18,332 bases of DNA from Acidobacteriota bacterium. GTDB lineage: Bacteria > Acidobacteriota > Terriglobia > Terriglobales > Acidobacteriaceae. Where the stretch lies: the NCBI GenBank assembly GCA_023441255.1, contig JAEZPW010000356.1, positions 1 to 18,332 on the forward strand, read 5' to 3'. The notes below the pieces were generated by a model that was not told where the DNA came from, did not search any database, and saw only the letters and a list, made by a program, of their open reading frames with translations. Positions 14,358 through 18,332 of the stretch are shown here, in pieces; within the stretch, counting starts at the first letter, position 1, and every line of letters begins with the position of its first letter. The position numbers and the translations under genes are program-made.

Positions 14358-14696
14358 ATGACAGCACATGAGGTCTTCCAACAGCACCAATTTCAGAAGT
14401 ATGAACCACTCCTGCGCGGAGTCACTGGAACCTATCTATTCGAGATTGAGCATGCTGGATACTGGTTCATTGCTGTTCGGGACGGCGCGATCCGGATCGA
14501 AGAGGTTCCGCACGATGCAGACTGCACGATCTGCTGTGATGAACCCGATTTTATCGACATTATCGAGGGGCACCGTAACCTGATCACGGCCGCTATGCAG
14601 GATCGCGTCAAGATCCGCGGCGACATCACACTGGCGCAAAAGTTTCATGGACTAGTCACTGCCATGGTTGACAGCAAGAGACAGGAGGCAGCATGA
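14358..14696 (+). CDS. SCP2 sterol-carrier-like domain protein
   Basis: 112 aa. The overall pattern (GTYLFEI....WFIAVRDG...I.....DADCTI..D.PDFIDII.G..N...A....RVKIRGDITLAQKFHGL) resembles the SCP2 fold consensus ending in G-D-x-x-L-A-x-K. An ACGGAG SD lies 7 nt upstream. The stop overlaps the next start (ATGA at 14693-14696). Confidence 0.6.
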   Translation: MTAHEVFQQHQFQKYEPLLRGVTGTYLFEIEHAGYWFIAVRDGAIRIEEVPHDADCTICCDEPDFIDIIEGHRNLITAAMQDRVKIRGDITLAQKFHGLVTAMVDSKRQEAA

Positions 14697-16738
14697 GAGC
14701 GAATCCAGTGAGCATTCTGGAAGGCGACACGTTCGTTGTAAGTGACCGCCGCGGCGATATTTCCGCCTCTCCGGACGAAGCACTGGGCTTGTTTCAAGGA
14801 GACACCCGGTTCCTGTCTCATTGGGTCTTGACTGTGAATGGGGCGCTGCCCAACACACTTTCGACTGATGACGTTAACTACTTCTCATCTCAATTCTTTC
14901 TCGTACCCGGCACGGCAACGGTATATGTGGACTCTCCGATGTCTATCGTGCGACAACGCGCGGTTGGCGGAGGATTTCACGAAGACCTCAAGATCACAAA
15001 CCACAAGCCCACGCCACTTGACCTGGATATCAGGATCGACGCCGACGCAGACTTCGCCGATCTGTTCCAGGTGAAGGACGCGCAGATGAAGCGTGTTGGC
15101 AAGTTCTACAAACGCGTCGATGGTAATCGCCTTGTTCTCGGATACAGGAGGGAGAAGTTCGTAAGGGAAACCTGGGTAACAGCCAGCGCTCCTGCCGAAG
15201 TAGATGAAAAAGGATTTCGCTTCCGTGTACACCTTGAGCCGCACGGCGAATGGCATACCGGGCTGGATGTGCTGGCCGCGGTCGATGGCACCGAAGCCAT
15301 GAAGAGGACGCCGAAATACAAAGACGTGCACGACACTCCAACTCCGAATGTCGGGATGAGCTTAAAAAGTTGGATGGCCGGTGCACCCCAACTTCATTCG
15401 TCCTGGACCGATCTCGAGAAAATTTACGAACGGTCATTGGTCGACTTGGCTGCACTACGGTTCTTCTCGCCTTATGCGCCCGGAGAAGCGCTTCCCGCTG
15501 CCGGCCTTCCCTGGTTCATGGCGCTCTTCGGCAGAGACAGTCTCATCACGAGTTTCCAGGCGCTCCCGTTTGTGCCCGAGCTCGCTTCGACGACGATCCG
15601 AGTACTCGCGATGCGGCAGGGTACGCGGCTCGATGATTTCCGCGAGGAAGAGCCGGGAAAAATACTGCATGAGTCGCGCATGGGTGAGATGACGGCGTTC
15701 GAGGAACGGCCTCATTCACCCTACTTCGGAACTGCCGACGCTACTCCATTGTTCCTCGTCCTGATGGACGAGTTTGAACGATGGTCTGGAAAACACGATT
15801 TGGTCACAAGATTCGAAGCGGAGGCAAGAGCAGCCCTGCGATGGATCGATGAATATGGCGACCGCGACGGCGACGGCTACATTGAGTACGAACGGCGAAA
15901 TAAAGAGACGGGCCTCGAGAACCAGTGCTGGAAAGATTCGTGGGACTCTATTCGGTTCAGCGATGGAACGCTCGCGTCATACCCGATTGCGACTTGTGAG
16001 ATCCAGGGCTACGCTTACGATGCCAAGCGCAGATGCGCCAGGTTGGCGCGCGAGTTCTGGGGTGATACGGACCTGGCAAACCGACTGGAACAACAAGCCG
16101 CCGAACTGAAACACAACTTCAACCGCGATTTCTGGATTCCGGAAAAACAATTCTTCGCGCTGGCTCTCGATGGCCAGAAACGCAAGGTTGATTCACTAAC
16201 CTCGAACGTAGGCCACCTGCTGTGGAGCGGGATCGTCGATGACGACAAGGCAGAGGCGTGTGCGCGCCATCTGGTTGGACCGCGACTGTTTTCAGGTTGG
16301 GGCGTTCGCACCATGGCCGACAACGAGGGCGGTTACAATCCCCTCGGTTATCACGTAGGAACAGTGTGGCCGTTCGATACCTCGCTCGTCGCTCTTGGAT
16401 TGCGAAGTTATGGTTTTAAAAAGGAAGCGGCAAAAATAGCTTTGGCAAACCTCGAGGCCGCCCGCTATTTCCAATATCGACTGCCGGAGGCATTTGCAGG
16501 CTACTCCAGAGCAGAAACGGACTTTCCTGTCGAATATCCAACAGCCTGCAGCCCGCAAGCATGGTCCGCAGGCGCTCCCTTGTTGTTTCTGCGCACGCTC
16601 TTAGGTTTGCAACCGGTCGGTAATCATCTTCTGGTCGACCCCGCAGTGCCAAAACAAATCGAATGGATTGAACTATTAGGTATTCCTGGCCGCTGGGACC
16701 ACGCTGACGCTTTCGCACGGGGTCTACTCGATGTCTGA
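14693..16738 (+). CDS. amylo-alpha-1,6-glucosidase / glycogen-debranching-enzyme-like protein (GDE N-terminal + GDE_C domains)
   Basis: 681 aa. The N-terminus (ILEGDTFVVSDRRGDI..GLFQGDTRFLS) is typical of the bacterial GDE N-terminal domain. The C-terminal (alpha/alpha)6 region carries LPWFMALFGRDSLIT, GKILHE, YFGTADATPLF, GLENQCWKDSWDS, EIQGYAY, GYHVGTVWPFD and ACSPQAWSAGAP. Confidence 0.85.
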   Translation: MRANPVSILEGDTFVVSDRRGDISASPDEALGLFQGDTRFLSHWVLTVNGALPNTLSTDDVNYFSSQFFLVPGTATVYVDSPMSIVRQRAVGGGFHEDLKITNHKPTPLDLDIRIDADADFADLFQVKDAQMKRVGKFYKRVDGNRLVLGYRREKFVRETWVTASAPAEVDEKGFRFRVHLEPHGEWHTGLDVLAAVDGTEAMKRTPKYKDVHDTPTPNVGMSLKSWMAGAPQLHSSWTDLEKIYERSLVDLAALRFFSPYAPGEALPAAGLPWFMALFGRDSLITSFQALPFVPELASTTIRVLAMRQGTRLDDFREEEPGKILHESRMGEMTAFEERPHSPYFGTADATPLFLVLMDEFERWSGKHDLVTRFEAEARAALRWIDEYGDRDGDGYIEYERRNKETGLENQCWKDSWDSIRFSDGTLASYPIATCEIQGYAYDAKRRCARLAREFWGDTDLANRLEQQAAELKHNFNRDFWIPEKQFFALALDGQKRKVDSLTSNVGHLLWSGIVDDDKAEACARHLVGPRLFSGWGVRTMADNEGGYNPLGYHVGTVWPFDTSLVALGLRSYGFKKEAAKIALANLEAARYFQYRLPEAFAGYSRAETDFPVEYPTACSPQAWSAGAPLLFLRTLLGLQPVGNHLLVDPAVPKQIEWIELLGIPGRWDHADAFARGLLDV

Positions 16739-16780
16739 AACCATACAACGACGTGTTCAGGAGAATGACGGAGGTACTTT

Positions 16781-17332
16781 ATGCAACCCATGGTGATTGA
16801 AAGGCGGAGCGGATCCACAGCCTTGGGAGTGCTGCTCATCATTCTTGGCGCGATTGCAGTGATGGCACCATTCTTGGCCGCTTTCGTCTTGATCAGGATA
16901 ATAGCGTGGCTTCTGATCTTTGCGGCGATCGAGCAGGCTATACATGCGTTTCGAAGCAGCGGCGAAGGAGGTCTGTTTATCAAAATTGCCCTCGCTGTGC
17001 TATACGCGGTGGCCGGAGGCGCGCTACTCACCAGGCCGGTGACGGGTGGCATCGCTGCAACCGCCATCATTGGTGTGTTGTTGGTAGCCGACGGCATTAC
17101 GGAGATCTTCCTGGGCGTGCAACTGCTCCGCACATTTGCGAGAGGTGGGTGGCTGCTTGCTGGCGGAGTACTGTCCCTCCTCCTTGGCGCGCTTATCCTG
17201 TATCGGCTTCCCTGGAGTATGGCGGCAGTTGGCTTGTTGATTGGCATTCGTCTGATCTTCAAAGGAATCGAACAGATTGCACTTCGATCTGCGGCCACAA
17301 GAACACAACGGATCGAGGGCCGGGCAGCATGA
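16781..17332 (+). CDS. HdeD/DUF308-like integral membrane protein
   Basis: 183 aa with about six TM segments and repeated G-x3-(I/L)-x2-G style helices (LGVLLIILGAIAVMAP, ALAVLYAVAGGALL, IIGVLLVADGITEIFLG, LLAGGVLSLLLGALIL, LLIGIRLIFKGIEQI). A GGAGG SD lies 7 nt upstream. Confidence 0.65.
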   Translation: MQPMVIERRSGSTALGVLLIILGAIAVMAPFLAAFVLIRIIAWLLIFAAIEQAIHAFRSSGEGGLFIKIALAVLYAVAGGALLTRPVTGGIAATAIIGVLLVADGITEIFLGVQLLRTFARGGWLLAGGVLSLLLGALILYRLPWSMAAVGLLIGIRLIFKGIEQIALRSAATRTQRIEGRAA

Positions 17333-17370
17333 CTGGCACGGTCCCGGATTAGGAACACGGGGATCACCAC

Positions 17371-17805
17371 ATGGTTGAAAGAATCGGTTCACTTTTGCAA
17401 ACCAAAGGATCTGCGATTCATTCGGTGGGTCCGGATGCCACGGTTTATGAAGCGATGCACTTGATGGCGCAAAAGGGAATCGGCGCCGTCCTCGTGACCG
17501 ATCAGGGAAAGCTCCTTGGCATCTTCTCCGCGAAGGATTATGGGACCAGAATTGTCTTGGAAGGCAAGAATGGAAAGGATGTTCTCGCTCGGGAGGTCAT
17601 GACGAGTCCCGTCCTGACGGTCGGTCCCGACATGGACATTGTGGACGCTATGGACATCATTACCACGAAGAACATTCGGCATCTGCCGGTAATCGACAAT
17701 GGCGAACTGGTGGGGGTGGTGACTCTAGGCGATCTGGTCCGCGCTGTGTTGGCCCACAAACGGCACACGATCGACCAGTTGATGAGGTACGTAGGACAGA
17801 AGTGA
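17371..17805 (+). CDS. CBS domain pair protein
   Basis: 144 aa with two CBS repeats (SVGPDATVYEAMHLMAQKGIGAVLVTDQGKLLGIFSAKD and VLTVGPDMDIVDAMDIITTKNIRHLPVIDNGELVGVVTLGDLVRA). No other domain is present. Confidence 0.85.
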   Translation: MVERIGSLLQTKGSAIHSVGPDATVYEAMHLMAQKGIGAVLVTDQGKLLGIFSAKDYGTRIVLEGKNGKDVLAREVMTSPVLTVGPDMDIVDAMDIITTKNIRHLPVIDNGELVGVVTLGDLVRAVLAHKRHTIDQLMRYVGQK

Positions 17806-17888
17806 ATCTTACGATTAATTCAACTCCGCAAGCCTTTCGTCGAAACCAATATCGCGTTGGTGGGCAATCTAAACAGCGATCCAACATT

Positions 17889-18332
17889 TCAGCGTGCGAT
17901 CCGAGCACCAGAGCCCTTCATCACATTGAGCACTTCCTTAAGCGTAACCATCGTCGTGTCGCCGGGAGTAGTCATCGCCAGCGCGCCGTGGGCTGCACCA
18001 CAGTCGACCGCCCACTGCGCAGCTTGTCCGGTCAGTAACCCGTAGATCAGGCCCGAAGCGAACGAATCGCCACCGCCAACGCGATCATAGATTTCAAGAT
18101 CCTCGCGAGCCTGTGCCTCGAAGAACTGCCCTTCGTAATAGCAGATTGCGCCCCAGTCGTTCCTCGTTGCCGTTTTCGCCTTGCGTAGTGTCGTCGCGAC
18201 AACCTCGAATGGGAACTTCTTGACTACCTTCTCAATCATCTTCTTGAACCCATCGATCTCGAAGTTCTGGATGTTCTCATCGCCGCCTTCGACATCGAAT
18301 CCTAACGCGGCCGAGAAATCCTCTTCGTTCCC
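17889..18332 (-). CDS. PfkB-family sugar kinase, KdgK-like (C-terminal part; N-terminus beyond right edge)
   Basis: The track ORF (17889..18239) starts at an internal Met. The same frame stays open to base 18332 (GNEEDFSAALGFDVEGGDENIQNFEIDGFKKMIEK...). It carries PfkB signature-2, DRVGGGDSFASGLIYGLL, followed by GAAHGALAMTTPGDT. Confidence 0.8.
   Translation of the reverse strand, partial: GNEEDFSAALGFDVEGGDENIQNFEIDGFKKMIEKVVKKFPFEVVATTLRKAKTATRNDWGAICYYEGQFFEAQAREDLEIYDRVGGGDSFASGLIYGLLTGQAAQWAVDCGAAHGALAMTTPGDTTMVTLKEVLNVMKGSGARIAR

Noticed and set aside
16624-17370. 248-aa minus-strand ORF
   Set aside because: It is antisense to the HdeD-like gene and the 3' end of the glucosidase gene. 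It is an Ala/Pro/Ser/Arg-rich shadow ORF with no SD.

Overview
GC-rich (about 60%) bacterial chromosomal window. The gene content suggests an Acidobacteriota-like organism, but that is inference only. All calls come from reading the sequence and ORF track by eye; no searches were run.

Left third, minus strand: an S41 (Ctp-like) peptidase homolog with both catalytic-dyad positions substituted, then an intrinsic terminator. Next is a DUF1175 (YfaT-like) gene translationally coupled to a >=1337-aa alpha-2-macroglobulin. That gene keeps an intact CTEQ thioester site and runs off the left edge, so it is absent from the ORF track.

A ~700-bp non-coding gap follows. It holds a 17-bp-period GATGGCGAG repeat array, a sigma70-like promoter and a terminator-like hairpin, and it precedes a tRNA with a CAU anticodon.

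Centre: arsR-acr3-arsC (minus) lies divergent from a plus-strand operon. That operon consists of an SD-preceded 60-aa cysteine-rich ORF not recognisable as any family, hgcA and hgcB (mercury-methylation corrinoid protein and ferredoxin). The two operons share a ~100-bp control region with back-to-back promoters and repeated CATATTCGC half-sites.

Right: a hybrid PAS histidine kinase, a ~760-bp poorly coding gap, a cyclase/arylformamidase-family gene, an SCP2-domain gene coupled to an amylo-alpha-1,6-glucosidase, an HdeD-like membrane protein, a CBS-pair protein and a partial PfkB sugar kinase (open at the right edge).

Best candidates for something new: the ArsR-linked orf60-hgcAB module, the thioester A2M paired with DUF1175, and the dyad-less S41 homolog.
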